Source of the DNA: a virus
Taxonomy: Duplodnaviria; Caudoviricetes
Strand: one strand, 5' to 3'
IMG/VR virus record: IMGVR_UViG_3300043812_000016
Span: 32,001-96,000 of that record
Length of the DNA stretch: 64,000 nt
How positions within the stretch are numbered: position 1 is the stretch's first letter; each line of letters starts with the position of its first letter. Shown piece by piece: positions 1 to 8,800 of this stretch. The position numbers were made by a program, and so were the translations under genes. The notes under the pieces are model-generated. The model was given only the letters and a program-made list of their open reading frames with translations, did not search any database and was not told the DNA's origin.

Positions 1-345
1 CCACCACAGTCTCCAACGCTATGGAACAAATATTATCTAACAAACATCCAAGACCTTTTTAACGGTTGCGCTCGACCGCCCCTAGTGGGCATTCGCCGTC
101 GCACACTGGAGTTGCTGTGAATTATCACTCGTACACATTCATATTCTCCTAGCTAAGAACGGGAATGGGATCAGACCCACCTACGTTGAAATGTTCTCCC
201 TATACAGACAACCATGTTACCATAGCCCTCCGTATCACCTCAGGTTCAATTCGATAATTCTAAATCCCTTTTTCTTACGGTATCACGAACTGAAATCCCT
301 TAAAATCATATTAGTCCCCAAAGCGGGACCTAGAGGCTTGCTCTA
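1..345 (-). ncRNA. Large structured ncRNA, ROOL-like, 5' part (runs off window start)
   Basis: ORF-free and GC-rich relative to the genome. The minus strand carries the ordered motifs TAGGGAG, TGTGTACGAGT, ACTCCAG, AAAAGGTCTTG and GCGTTGGAGA, which resemble ROOL RNA as I recall it. 5' boundary approximate. Confidence 0.55.
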
Positions 346-382
346 TAGCTATTCAAATATCTAAAGTTCTAACTCACTAAAA

Positions 383-652
383 TCAGAGGTTAATGTGAAG
401 TCCCCTGCTTTCAAGAATATTGCCTAAACGACCAATATTCGTAAGTTCTTTATTATAATAGCATATCTTACCACCAGTAGCAAACATTTTATTAATTTCT
501 GTAGTGGGGATAAATCCTTCTGGTAAATAACATTTAGTTTGGTCAACTGCTTTAAGCAAGTCTGGATGAGCTTGATAATCTTTAACACTAATCCCTTTTT
601 GCACTGTTTCTAAAGACATCACAATCATTTGACTAACTAAGTCATCAATCAT
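383..652 (-). CDS. Hypothetical protein (probably 3' part of a frameshifted gene starting near 885)
   Basis: ORF track; coding-like fragments continue upstream. Confidence 0.5.
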   Translation of the reverse strand: MIDDLVSQMIVMSLETVQKGISVKDYQAHPDLLKAVDQTKCYLPEGFIPTTEINKMFATGGKICYYNKELTNIGRLGNILESRGLHINL

Positions 653-1143
653 TAAGTATTGATCGGTAATTCCAGCAAAGCGATAAGTATGCTCAGTAAA
701 ACCAAAGTCAAGCTCAGTTCGTCTGTCATTACGATAGATCTTATTTCTGTTTTTCCAACCGTTCCAACTGCTTATCAGAAATATCCCGGCAGTTAATTAC
801 TAACATACCGGGATACTTAACTCCAATATCATAGAGAACTTGATAAACACGCTGACGATTGCTATTCAACCGTCTCTTCACCATCTTGTTCTTCTCCTTC
901 TGGTTCCTTTTCTACTTCCAAGTTAGGTAGGTCTACGTCCAAGGTTAATTGAATTGTATAGTTTTCGTCATCGCTATTATCATAAGGACTTTGAACCACA
1001 GATTCTTCTGCAACTAAGGTAACCCTTCTTCTTGGTCAACAAGGGATTTAAGTTCTTCTAAGAACCACTTTTGGAAATCCTCTGGAGTAAGAGTCAGATA
1101 ATATTAGCAATAAATACCAAGAATTGTTAGTTCATTTCGTACT

Positions 1144-1383
1144 TCATAAAATCCTTAAGTGACTATCCACTCGTTTACTCTGAATCTTAGAATAAGTTAA
1201 CCGCAAATAACCAGTCTTAGTGTCCTTATCAATAAAACGTTCAAATTCAGGCTGTACATATCGCTTAGTGTGCATCGCTTTGAGATAGAAACGAAACGCC
1301 ATCGCCTTAACAAGAGCCTTAGTAGGCAATACAGCTTTTTTACCTTGGTATTCAGCAAAATATAAACCAGCTAAACTTTTCAT
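1144..1383 (-). CDS. Hypothetical protein
   Basis: ORF in a tightly packed minus-strand block with a GGGGG-type RBS. Confidence 0.55.
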   Translation of the reverse strand: MKSLAGLYFAEYQGKKAVLPTKALVKAMAFRFYLKAMHTKRYVQPEFERFIDKDTKTGYLRLTYSKIQSKRVDSHLRIL

Positions 1384-1394
1384 TACTTTTCCCC

Positions 1395-1535
1395 CTAAGC
1401 TAATTTACTTGCTACTTTGATCAATTCAGAGGTCTTAGCTTGTTGAAGCTTAAGAACCTTACCAGTATCGGTTGTAATCGTTCTAATACCCTTAGAACGC
1501 AATTGGTGCTTAACTTGTGCTTTCATTCCAGTCAT
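1395..1535 (-). CDS. Small basic hypothetical protein (MTGMKAQVKHQLRSKG...)
   Basis: GGAGG RBS precedes the ATG at 1535, just after the upstream stop. Confidence 0.5.
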   Translation of the reverse strand: MTGMKAQVKHQLRSKGIRTITTDTGKVLKLQQAKTSELIKVASKLA

Positions 1536-1536
1536 G

Positions 1537-2010
1537 CTACTTTTCCTCCTCAAATTCTTGATACACGCCCATAGGATGTTTATTAGCAACGTAAGCCTCA
1601 GCAGAAGCAACAATTCCAGCTAGGATGTCATCTAAGAAAACATTACAGCTATTCTTACGTGCGTCTACCTTGCCAATAATTCCGGGCTTTACATGATCTA
1701 AATAGCCTAGATTTGAAATACCAATCCCACCGAAGATCTCAACACAACCATGCGATAAAGTTTCATCACATTGAAAAAGTCCCGAGTCTTCATTAAGAAT
1801 TTCAGCAAGATATTGATCTTCAATTCCTCGATCAGCCCACATATCAAGATTAATACCTAAAAGCAAAATATTTTGAATTTCACGCTTATTCAATACGTGG
1901 TAAACAGCGTCAATACATTCGTCTAATTCAATATCTGGGTTATGCTCTTTTTGTCCTGCATACACAAGTCCACCCAAAGACTCTACAGGTACATTACGTT
2001 TATCCAACAA
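1537..2010 (-). CDS. Phosphatidylglycerophosphatase A-like protein (PgpA/YutG family)
   Basis: Motifs KREIQN..L.GI.LD, GLFQCDETL, GYLDHVKPGII, FLDDILAGIVASA; the start may lie further upstream. Confidence 0.8.
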   Translation of the reverse strand: MLDKRNVPVESLGGLVYAGQKEHNPDIELDECIDAVYHVLNKREIQNILLLGINLDMWADRGIEDQYLAEILNEDSGLFQCDETLSHGCVEIFGGIGISNLGYLDHVKPGIIGKVDARKNSCNVFLDDILAGIVASAEAYVANKHPMGVYQEFEEEK

Positions 2011-2227
2011 GTCTAAAACGTGTTGGTAAAGTGTCTTTTCGATTATTCACGTCCTTTACATACATAGCTTTTAAGAAATTATTGAAATCCCTAACACCTT
2101 GTTCCGTTGCTTGTTGTTTCCAAGCACTAACAACATTATTGATGACTTGATCCATATTGGATAGGTCTGGTTTCATAGCAAAATAGCCAGTTAATTTCTT
2201 ACCAATGATTTTTCTTGTGCATAGCAT
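2000..2227 (-). CDS. Hypothetical protein
   Basis: ORF track, overlapping neighbours. Confidence 0.45.
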   Translation of the reverse strand: MLCTRKIIGKKLTGYFAMKPDLSNMDQVINNVVSAWKQQATEQGVRDFNNFLKAMYVKDVNNRKDTLPTRFRLVG

Positions 2228-2739
2228 TAACTAGAATTTCGCCTTGGTAGCCATCAGTAAAATACAGACCATCAAAGTTAGGATCTTTAATAATTTCCTT
2301 TACTTGCTTCTCCATTTTTAACAACTCGCCCTTTAGATTATCAACTAATGGGTGAGGAGAAATAATTTCAAATTCCATACTAACACCTTATTTCAGAAGC
2401 AACAACATTCGATCCTCAGCTACATGAACATTCGTATCAAGCTGTAATTTCAACAGGGAGGTATCTACGTTGTGTTTTACACCAGTTTCGGCTAATGGTA
2501 CTAGAATTTCCTTAAAACGGCTCTCAGCGCATTCTGGAGCTTTACAGACGGTATAAGCAACTGGACCATCCGAAAGTTGTCTGAATTTAACCTAATTCAA
2601 ACTCGTCTAACTGATCTCGTAGCTTATAAACGATCTGAGTAAGGATTACTAATCAAATTTTCGATCATATTGACCATTTCATAATTAGAATAGCCAATGT
2701 ATTTGAACAAGTAATACAATTTTACATAATAAGTTTTGA

Positions 2740-3000
2740 TTAACCAACTCTACCTTTCCACTGCTTGATTTTTGATACTTGAAAGTCATTCCATTCGTCT
2801 ACCTAGCCTTTCTCCTTGATAAATTCTAACCAAAGGTGAGGAAGCCATTCCGTGACTTTCCATGTAATTTATAATATCCATTCGAGTCTCAGCCAAACGA
2901 TCAATCAAAACCATCTTTGTCGACATCAACTGGGACAATTGCTTTTCTGTAACTTACACTTCATACAATTAGGTGTATGAAAGATAATTGCATGGTACAT
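2740..3000 (-). CDS. NrdH/glutaredoxin-like redoxin (frameshifted in assembly)
   Basis: Manual translation MYHAIIFHTPNCMKCK (CxxC), then HGMASSPLVRIY...DEWNDFQVSKIKQW in another frame. Confidence 0.6.
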
Positions 3001-3113
3001 TCAATATTCTCTTTTCGTTGTTCAGATTTAATAGTTTAATTATACTCCTTAACCCAATCCTAAGTGCTAATTCTATAGCAGGAAAATTTTATTTTTTTTC
3101 ACTATAAAATGGT

Positions 3114-3139
3114 TTTAATGGGAGAAAGTGTGATATACT
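3114..3139 (+). promoter_or_regulatory. SigA-type extended -10 promoter at the divergence point
   Basis: TGaTATACT at 3131-3139. Confidence 0.55.
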
Positions 3140-3144
3140 AGTAT

Positions 3145-3620
3145 TCGGGTAATTAACGTTACCTAATTGAATAGTGTAAACCGACAGCGACCTTGGTATG
3201 TATATAACTGCCTAAGCCTTGGTAGTCGGTAGGGTTTAGTCTCCCAATAGTCGTGGTATGACTCAGTAGACTCGCTACCAATAGGTAACGTTAAAGGCTC
3301 TTGTACGTGCCTGTCATTATTTCCCTCCCTTTCGTGGGAAAGACGAAACGTAACAGGGTGGTAATGATTAGTTCTGCTAATTATTGCTTGGACCGCGTAT
3401 TGGGGTTCCAATCCTAACTTATCAACTTTGCTCAGGGAGGTCCCTGAGGATAAACAAAAAAAAGCTCTGATTCCCGGATGCTAAAACTAGGATGTGATAA
3501 GTAGGACCAAGGGTGCGCTGAGGTTAAAAATGGAACAGTACGAATAAGCCGTAAAACGTAAATAAGTACTGATGTCTTGCGGAGTAATTATTACTCTGTC
3601 TTTATTCTCGCTAATTAGTG
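3145..3620 (+). ncRNA. Large structured ncRNA of unknown family
   Basis: No credible ORF. Perfect 13-bp helix 3153-3165/3282-3294, plus helices 3412-3424/3495-3506, 3431-3437/3442-3448 and 3536-3541/3566-3571. Confidence 0.6.
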
Positions 3621-4080
3621 ATAGCTTTACTTGATCTAATTATATTAGAATTAAAACTTAACAAATCATATGACATACCTCTCTAATACTGTAATATCAA
3701 TAACTAGAGTAGATTTATTACTAGAGAATTGACTGCATATTAGGGGGTGCTGTTTTGTTTTGTTGTTTCTTTTAAGTGTAATAAGCTAGGGTTAGATAGT
3801 CTGAGTTAAAGCTTAGTCCTTATTAATCTTATCTTATTATCTAGTATTTAAACTTAAGGAAGTAAGTAAGGTATAAGGTAATAAGATAGAGTAATAATAA
3901 GTAAGACATAAGCTAGAGATAAAGACTAGATATAGAGTAAGGATAAAGAAGAGAAGAAAAAAGATAGGGTAGTAAGAAAGTTTGAAATAAGGATTTACTT
4001 CTAAGCAAGATGAAGTTAGAATTTACACATAGCGTTACTTAATACAAGTTAGCTAATACATATGAATAAAACTAGAAGGT

Positions 4081-5185
4081 ATGAATAAAATGAGAACAAA
4101 ATCTAATACAGTTAAATCACTTAATAATCTTAAGCTGTTAAAGCAAGGTGATTTCAGTTATAAAATTGTAGTCACAAGCTATCACAATCAAAATCTTGAT
4201 TTAGGTCCGATTCAATTAGTGTCCTATGGCTATCTTATTATGGGAAATAGTAAGACTGATCGAGGTTATAAAGCTGTTAAAAATCTTAATCAGTTTATCC
4301 TTAACATGAGAGCTTTGATTATTGCTCTTCAAACGATGAAGAAAAGACAGGTTACTTGTATTGAAATCCAAGACCCTAAATTAAGAGACTTGATTACTGG
4401 TAAGGTTAACCCAGATGATATTAGGCTAACCCCTAAGGAAAGAAAGATGTTAATTAAGGTTGGGGAATTGCTTTCTCAATTTAAGAAAGGATTTCTTATT
4501 AAAGAAGTTGATCCTAGTCCTAGGGTGTATCAAGAATTAATGAAAATTCTTAAAACAATTAGACCTCATATTAGTGCAAGATTAAGAAAGAAATTTACTA
4601 GAAATAAGGTTGAACGTAAATCTGGTAATCCTATCATTATCCAAAAAGGTAAGAAACATATTGACTATGGATTTACTCCTTTATCACAGCTTGATTTTTT
4701 GCCTAAGAAAGCTATTAAAATTTACACTGATGGTGGTAAAAGAAATAAGACTAAGATTGGTGCTTATGCTTATTCGATTCAAATTCCAGACCGTCCCGCT
4801 ATCAATTTTAATAAAGCAGGTTCAAAACACTACTAACCAGCGAATGGAGTTAAAAGCAGTTTTGCAAGCTTTAAGAGATGCTCATTACTTACACGATAAA
4901 CCAATTATTATTGTTACTGATTCTCAGTATGTAATTAAAGCTCTGACTAACGATAGCTGGTTATACACTTGGGCGAAGAATGATTTGAAGAAACCTAACG
5001 GCGAAAAAATTAAGAATGCTGATCTTTGGCTGAGTATGTTAAAGCATTTGAAGAAGTTTAGTAACGTCTTCTTATATAAAGTAGAAAGCCATCAAGATAA
5101 TAAAGGAAATAATTTTGTTGACGATCTTGTTAATCAAGCTATGGACGAATACCAAGAAAAGAAAGGAATTAAAAGTAATAATTGA
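4081..5185 (+). CDS. rnhA: Ribonuclease HI with N-terminal extension (one frameshift near 4825)
   Basis: IYTDGG, TTNQRMELKAV, IVTDSQYV, KNADLW, KVESH and GNNFVD motifs split over two ORFs. Confidence 0.85.
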
Positions 5186-5246
5186 TTGACTTCTAAAAAC
5201 ATCGAAGTTAGAATTAAAATATATTAAAGGAAAGGAAGTTATAATA

Positions 5247-5579
5247 ATGACTAAACTTAGTAATGAAGACCAAGCAAAATACGAACGCTCTATGGATATG
5301 GCACAAGAACTAATTGAAAAAATGGGTGATACTTGGGACGGAGCTGATATTGAAGACATTATCTTCTCAATTGGTGTAGCGGTTGACGATCTTTGTACAA
5401 CTACTGATTTCCCACAAGAATTAGCCAATGATATTATCAGCATCACGCTTACCGATGACGATAGTACGGAAAGTGAATTAACTGATGAGGACGATGACCA
5501 TATGGAAGTTATTTCCTTAGATGAAGACGATAGTATCGAATTCCTCAAACATTTACTTAGTAAAAAAGATAATAATTAA
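5247..5579 (+). CDS. Acidic hypothetical protein
   Basis: RBS GGAAAGGAAG, SigA promoter (TTGACT ~5186), terminator ~5585-5612. Confidence 0.75.
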   Translation: MTKLSNEDQAKYERSMDMAQELIEKMGDTWDGADIEDIIFSIGVAVDDLCTTTDFPQELANDIISITLTDDDSTESELTDEDDDHMEVISLDEDDSIEFLKHLLSKKDNN

Positions 5580-5627
5580 GTATTAGGACTTGTCTAATTG
5601 ACAGGTCTTTTTATTTTGTCTTAACTT

Positions 5628-5666
5628 TGTAATATTGTTGTAACATTGCTGTAGTTGTTCTGTAAT
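5628..5666 (+). promoter_or_regulatory. Four WalR-box-like direct repeats
   Basis: TGTAAT-N5-TGTAAC-N5-TGTAGT-N5-TGTAAT; three of four match the TGTWAH consensus exactly; upstream of a LysM cell-wall gene. Confidence 0.65.
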
Positions 5667-5755
5667 AGGTGCGTGCTATAGTAAAGGTGTAATCAAATAT
5701 GAATATTGTATGAACAAACAAAGAATTCGTATGTAAATGAAAGGATAGATGGTTT

Positions 5756-6403
5756 ATTTTATTATCTAAGAAGAACAATGTTAAATTCGCTTTAGCTGGT
5801 GCTGTGATGGCAGGTGCTTTACTTGGTGCTACTACAGCTAATGCTGACACTAAGATTGATGATACTCATGTACGGGTAGAAGCTGGAGATACTGTTTCTG
5901 GCATTGCTAACAAGTACGGTACTGACGTATCAACAATTGCATCTGCTAGTAACCTTAGCGATGCTAACAAGATCTTCGTTGGTGATATTTTAGTGCTTAC
6001 TCCAGAAGCACAGCAACCAACTACTAATAATGTACAAACTCCAGTAGCTAACCAAGCTCAACCAGCTAGTCAAGCTACTGTTAATACTCAACCTGTACAG
6101 AACCAACCAGTGCAATCACAAGCACCTGTACAACAATCAACTACCCCAGTTCAAAGTCAACCAGCTACATCTGCTGTTTCTGGTTCAGTTCATGACCAAA
6201 GAATGATTGCTATTGTAATGCCTGAGTCTGGTGGTAATCCTAATGCTACAAATGGTCAATACTCAGGTTTAGGACAAACTAATCAAAGCTGGGGAACTGG
6301 TTCTGTGGCTTCTCAAACTCAAGGTATGATTAATTATGCTAATTCTCGTTATGGTTCTGTAGCAGGTGCTGTTGCCTTCCGTCAAGCTCACGGTTGGTGG
6401 TAA
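5756..6403 (+). CDS. Secreted LysM protein of aggregation-promoting factor (Apf) type; start uncertain
   Basis: Signal peptide, LysM domain, Q/P/T linker, C-terminal ESGG...NGQYSGLGQ...RYGS...FRQAHGWW. Confidence 0.8.
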   Translation: MLLSKKNNVKFALAGAVMAGALLGATTANADTKIDDTHVRVEAGDTVSGIANKYGTDVSTIASASNLSDANKIFVGDILVLTPEAQQPTTNNVQTPVANQAQPASQATVNTQPVQNQPVQSQAPVQQSTTPVQSQPATSAVSGSVHDQRMIAIVMPESGGNPNATNGQYSGLGQTNQSWGTGSVASQTQGMINYANSRYGSVAGAVAFRQAHGWW

Positions 6404-6514
6404 AATTAAATAATTGACATCAATTAGTCTTATGTTATACTTATGGTATACATAGGGCTTTTTAATTTATCTTAAATAGTCCAATTTTAGTTGAAATGGG
6501 AGAAGTTCAATAAT

Positions 6515-6863
6515 ATGGAAATTACTACTAAAGAGCTTATTGATCATGCAGGAGAAAACATTGATATAGGACGCTAGACTTGTTAATAGTCATACCCGTT
6601 GGCTTGACTATGTTAAGGCTACTCTTCGAGATATAGACCCAAAGTATTATGATAATGTAGAAGATAGATTTAAAGATTTAGCTTTTAGCTTAATTGAGCT
6701 TCTTGGAGAAGCTACTACACAAATCACTAATCTTGATGACGAATTAGACCAAAAAGATGATGAATGGGATAACTATGTTGACGATATTCGGGCTGAATAC
6801 GATGATAGAATAGCTGACTTAGAAACAGAACTAGCAGGAGCTAGGGAAGAGGAGGACGATTAA
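6515..6863 (+). CDS. Acidic coiled-coil hypothetical protein (frameshift near 6570)
   Basis: Manual translation; SigA promoter TTGACA at 6414 upstream. Confidence 0.5.
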
Positions 6864-6864
6864 C

Positions 6865-7263
6865 ATGAATTATATTGATCTAGCTTATACCGTTGAAAAA
6901 GATAAGGTAGAAGAAAAAGTTAAAGAGATTACTGTCGGTAATGAATACCGAGTAGCTAACATTGTTCCATTTGACGAAGACAATATGCTTCTTTGCTTAA
7001 CTAAAGCGCCAGCCACTAATCATGGTTATCAGCCTAAACAATTAGGAGAAATGAAACCTCGTAACCGTGCAGGAGAACCAGCTACTACTCGCCAGCTTAA
7101 TTATATTCGGCAATTAGCTAATAAAGCTGATAAGGACCCGGCAAGCTTAGATTTAGATAATCTAACGAAGAAAGACGCTGGGCGCTTAATTGGTCGGCTT
7201 AAAAAGAACAAAAAGTCCCTAAAGGTCAAGAAGATCTTGATTTCGGACAGGGTTTTGATATGA
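6865..7263 (+). CDS. Hypothetical protein
   Basis: RBS GAGGAGG; C-terminal PATTRQLNYI...LTKKDAGRLI motif. Confidence 0.6.
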   Translation: MNYIDLAYTVEKDKVEEKVKEITVGNEYRVANIVPFDEDNMLLCLTKAPATNHGYQPKQLGEMKPRNRAGEPATTRQLNYIRQLANKADKDPASLDLDNLTKKDAGRLIGRLKKNKKSLKVKKILISDRVLI

Positions 7264-7308
7264 ATGAATTAGATCAGATGAATTTTGGAAATTAATTCAT
7301 AATTCCTC

Positions 7309-7337
7309 TTGCTTTTCTAATGAGACAGGTGTATTAT
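7309..7337 (+). promoter_or_regulatory. SigA promoter of the tRNA/ncRNA operon
   Basis: TTGCTT-N17-TATTAT. Confidence 0.65.
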
Positions 7338-7395
7338 AGAATTGTTGGTTAAATACATTAATTAAATGTTAGTCAAATGGCCAATCCTTTCTTAT

Positions 7396-7468
7396 CGTGG
7401 AGTGGAGCAGTTGGTAGCTCGCCAGACCCATTATCTGGAGGCCACAGGTTCAAGTCCTGTCTCCGCAA
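7396..7468 (+). tRNA. tRNA-Met(CAT), initiator-like, with atypical anticodon arm
   Basis: Cloverleaf with C1:A72 mismatch; stem CCAGA/TCTGG; loop CC-CAT-TA; T-loop TTCAAGT. Confidence 0.85.
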
Positions 7469-7604
7469 TTGGACTTAGTTACCTTTGGGTGATGATAGCT
7501 AGGTCCTGCCTTCTTATAGTTAGACATTTGTTGAATGGTAGCTTCTTTTGGTTTGTAATTTTTGTTCGGACGTGTAAGTTTAACTGTGTGCAATTAGCAC
7601 ACTT

Positions 7605-7638
7605 GTCTCGATAGTCTAACTGGATAAAACATCGGATT
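7605..7638 (+). pseudogene. 5' half of a split tRNA (Arg-like)
   Basis: GTCTCGA acceptor strand, D arm AACTGGATAA, anticodon stem TCGGA; pairs with 8447-8483. Confidence 0.75.
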
Positions 7639-7649
7639 ATCTATTATAA

Positions 7650-7723
7650 GTGAGTATCGCCTAATTGGATAAGGCACTTGTCTTCTAAACAAGATATTAT
7701 GGGTTCAAATCCCATTACTCACA
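7650..7723 (+). tRNA. tRNA-Arg(TCT)
   Basis: Complete cloverleaf: GTGAGTA/TACTCAC, CTTGT-CTTCTAA-ACAAG, T-loop TTCAAAT. Confidence 0.92.
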
Positions 7724-7741
7724 TCTTCTTAATTATGGAGA

Positions 7742-8449
7742 GTGGTAGTAATTAAATATTTGATAAAAGATGTTAGTGACGATCAATTTATTAAAGCTGT
7801 TAAATCTAGTAAAACCTATACAGAGATTGCTAAAAAGCTTGGTGCTTACTATGCAAGTGCTCCCTCTGTTGTAAAACGTAGAATTGAACAGTTGGGGATT
7901 GATTTTAAACCTGTGTCTCCTAGATATGAACCAGATGACGTATTTTTCTCAGAGCATCATTATCATACTTCCCATACATTAAGAAGTAGATTACTAAAAA
8001 TAAAAGATCGTGAGTATATTTGTTCTGTTTGTGGGCATCTTCCTATATGGAATGGTCAAGCTCTTACATTGGAAGTTGACCATATTAATGGTGACTCATC
8101 AGATTGTAGGTTAGCTAATTTACGCTGGGTTTGTCCCAATTGTCACTCACAAACAAATACTTACAGAAGGGGTAATAGTGGTTCCCCTAGAGAATACTAT
8201 TATCATAGGGTATGTATTGTTTGTGATAAGGAATTTAAGTCTACATCCAGACATGCTAAATATTGCTCTAAGGAGTGTTATAAAAAGGCTTTTACCAAAA
8301 AACCTCCCATAGGTAAGAATGAACTTATCAAAAGATTACGACAGACTTCTTTTGTTCAGGTAGGGAGAGATTTTAACGTTACTGATAATACAGTAAGAAA
8401 ATGGTGTAGAAAGTATAACATTTCTACTAGGTCAAAAGATTATAAATAA
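7742..8449 (+). CDS. HNH homing endonuclease
   Basis: CSVCG...LEVDHINGD..DCRLANLRWVCPNCH, second Zn finger, C-terminal HTH. Confidence 0.9.
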   Translation: MVVIKYLIKDVSDDQFIKAVKSSKTYTEIAKKLGAYYASAPSVVKRRIEQLGIDFKPVSPRYEPDDVFFSEHHYHTSHTLRSRLLKIKDREYICSVCGHLPIWNGQALTLEVDHINGDSSDCRLANLRWVCPNCHSQTNTYRRGNSGSPREYYYHRVCIVCDKEFKSTSRHAKYCSKECYKKAFTKKPPIGKNELIKRLRQTSFVQVGRDFNVTDNTVRKWCRKYNISTRSKDYK

Positions 8450-8483
8450 TCCGAAAATCCGAGTCCGAGTCTCGGTCGGGACA
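8447..8483 (+). pseudogene. 3' half of the split tRNA
   Basis: TAA-TCCGA anticodon stem, T arm CCGAG-TCCGAGT-CTCGG, TCGGGAC-A acceptor strand. Confidence 0.75.
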
Positions 8484-8487
8484 TTGT

Positions 8488-8710
8488 AGCAATTATGTGG
8501 AATAGATAGAATTTCATAAAAACACCTCCTTCCAATAAAATTGGATTTCAAAATAATTTAGTTGTAATACATAAGACAATAGGTTCACCCTATAAAGTTC
8601 CTTTCGTTAATACGGAAGACTAAAGTTAGTAGTCTTCTAAAGATGATTAAGTCTTAAAATTTCTTTATTCGTATCCTCTATCTAAGTAGGTTCGATTCCT
8701 GCAATTGCTA
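8488..8710 (+). ncRNA. tRNA-like-domain RNA with a ~165-nt internal region bearing anti-SD tracts
   Basis: Acceptor AGCAATT/AATTGCT, helix TAGATAGA/TCTATCTA, T arm GTAGG-TTCGATT-CCTGC. Confidence 0.7.
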
Positions 8711-8712
8711 TC

Positions 8713-8800
8713 GGCTAAGAAGTCTTTCTCATTTTATTCTTCTTAGCCTTGTATAATGGTGTTTAGTCATTATTATACTTCTTTTTCTTATTTTCTGTTA
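8713..8800 (+). ncRNA. Two hairpins antisense to the start regions of genes 4081 and 5247
   Basis: 8726-8739 is the exact complement of 4083-4096; 8761-8787 pairs with 5229-5256. Confidence 0.65.

Noticed and set aside
85-105. GTGCG on the minus strand as a group II intron start
   Set aside because: No flanking exon, and it lies within the ROOL-like motif series
3163-3411. 82-aa minus-strand ORF
   Set aside because: No RBS; overlaps the structured RNA on the opposite strand
7366-7614. 82-aa ORF
   Set aside because: Runs through tRNA-Met; spurious
8488-8710. Bona fide tmRNA
   Set aside because: Lacks alanine identity elements, is short and shows no convincing tag frame
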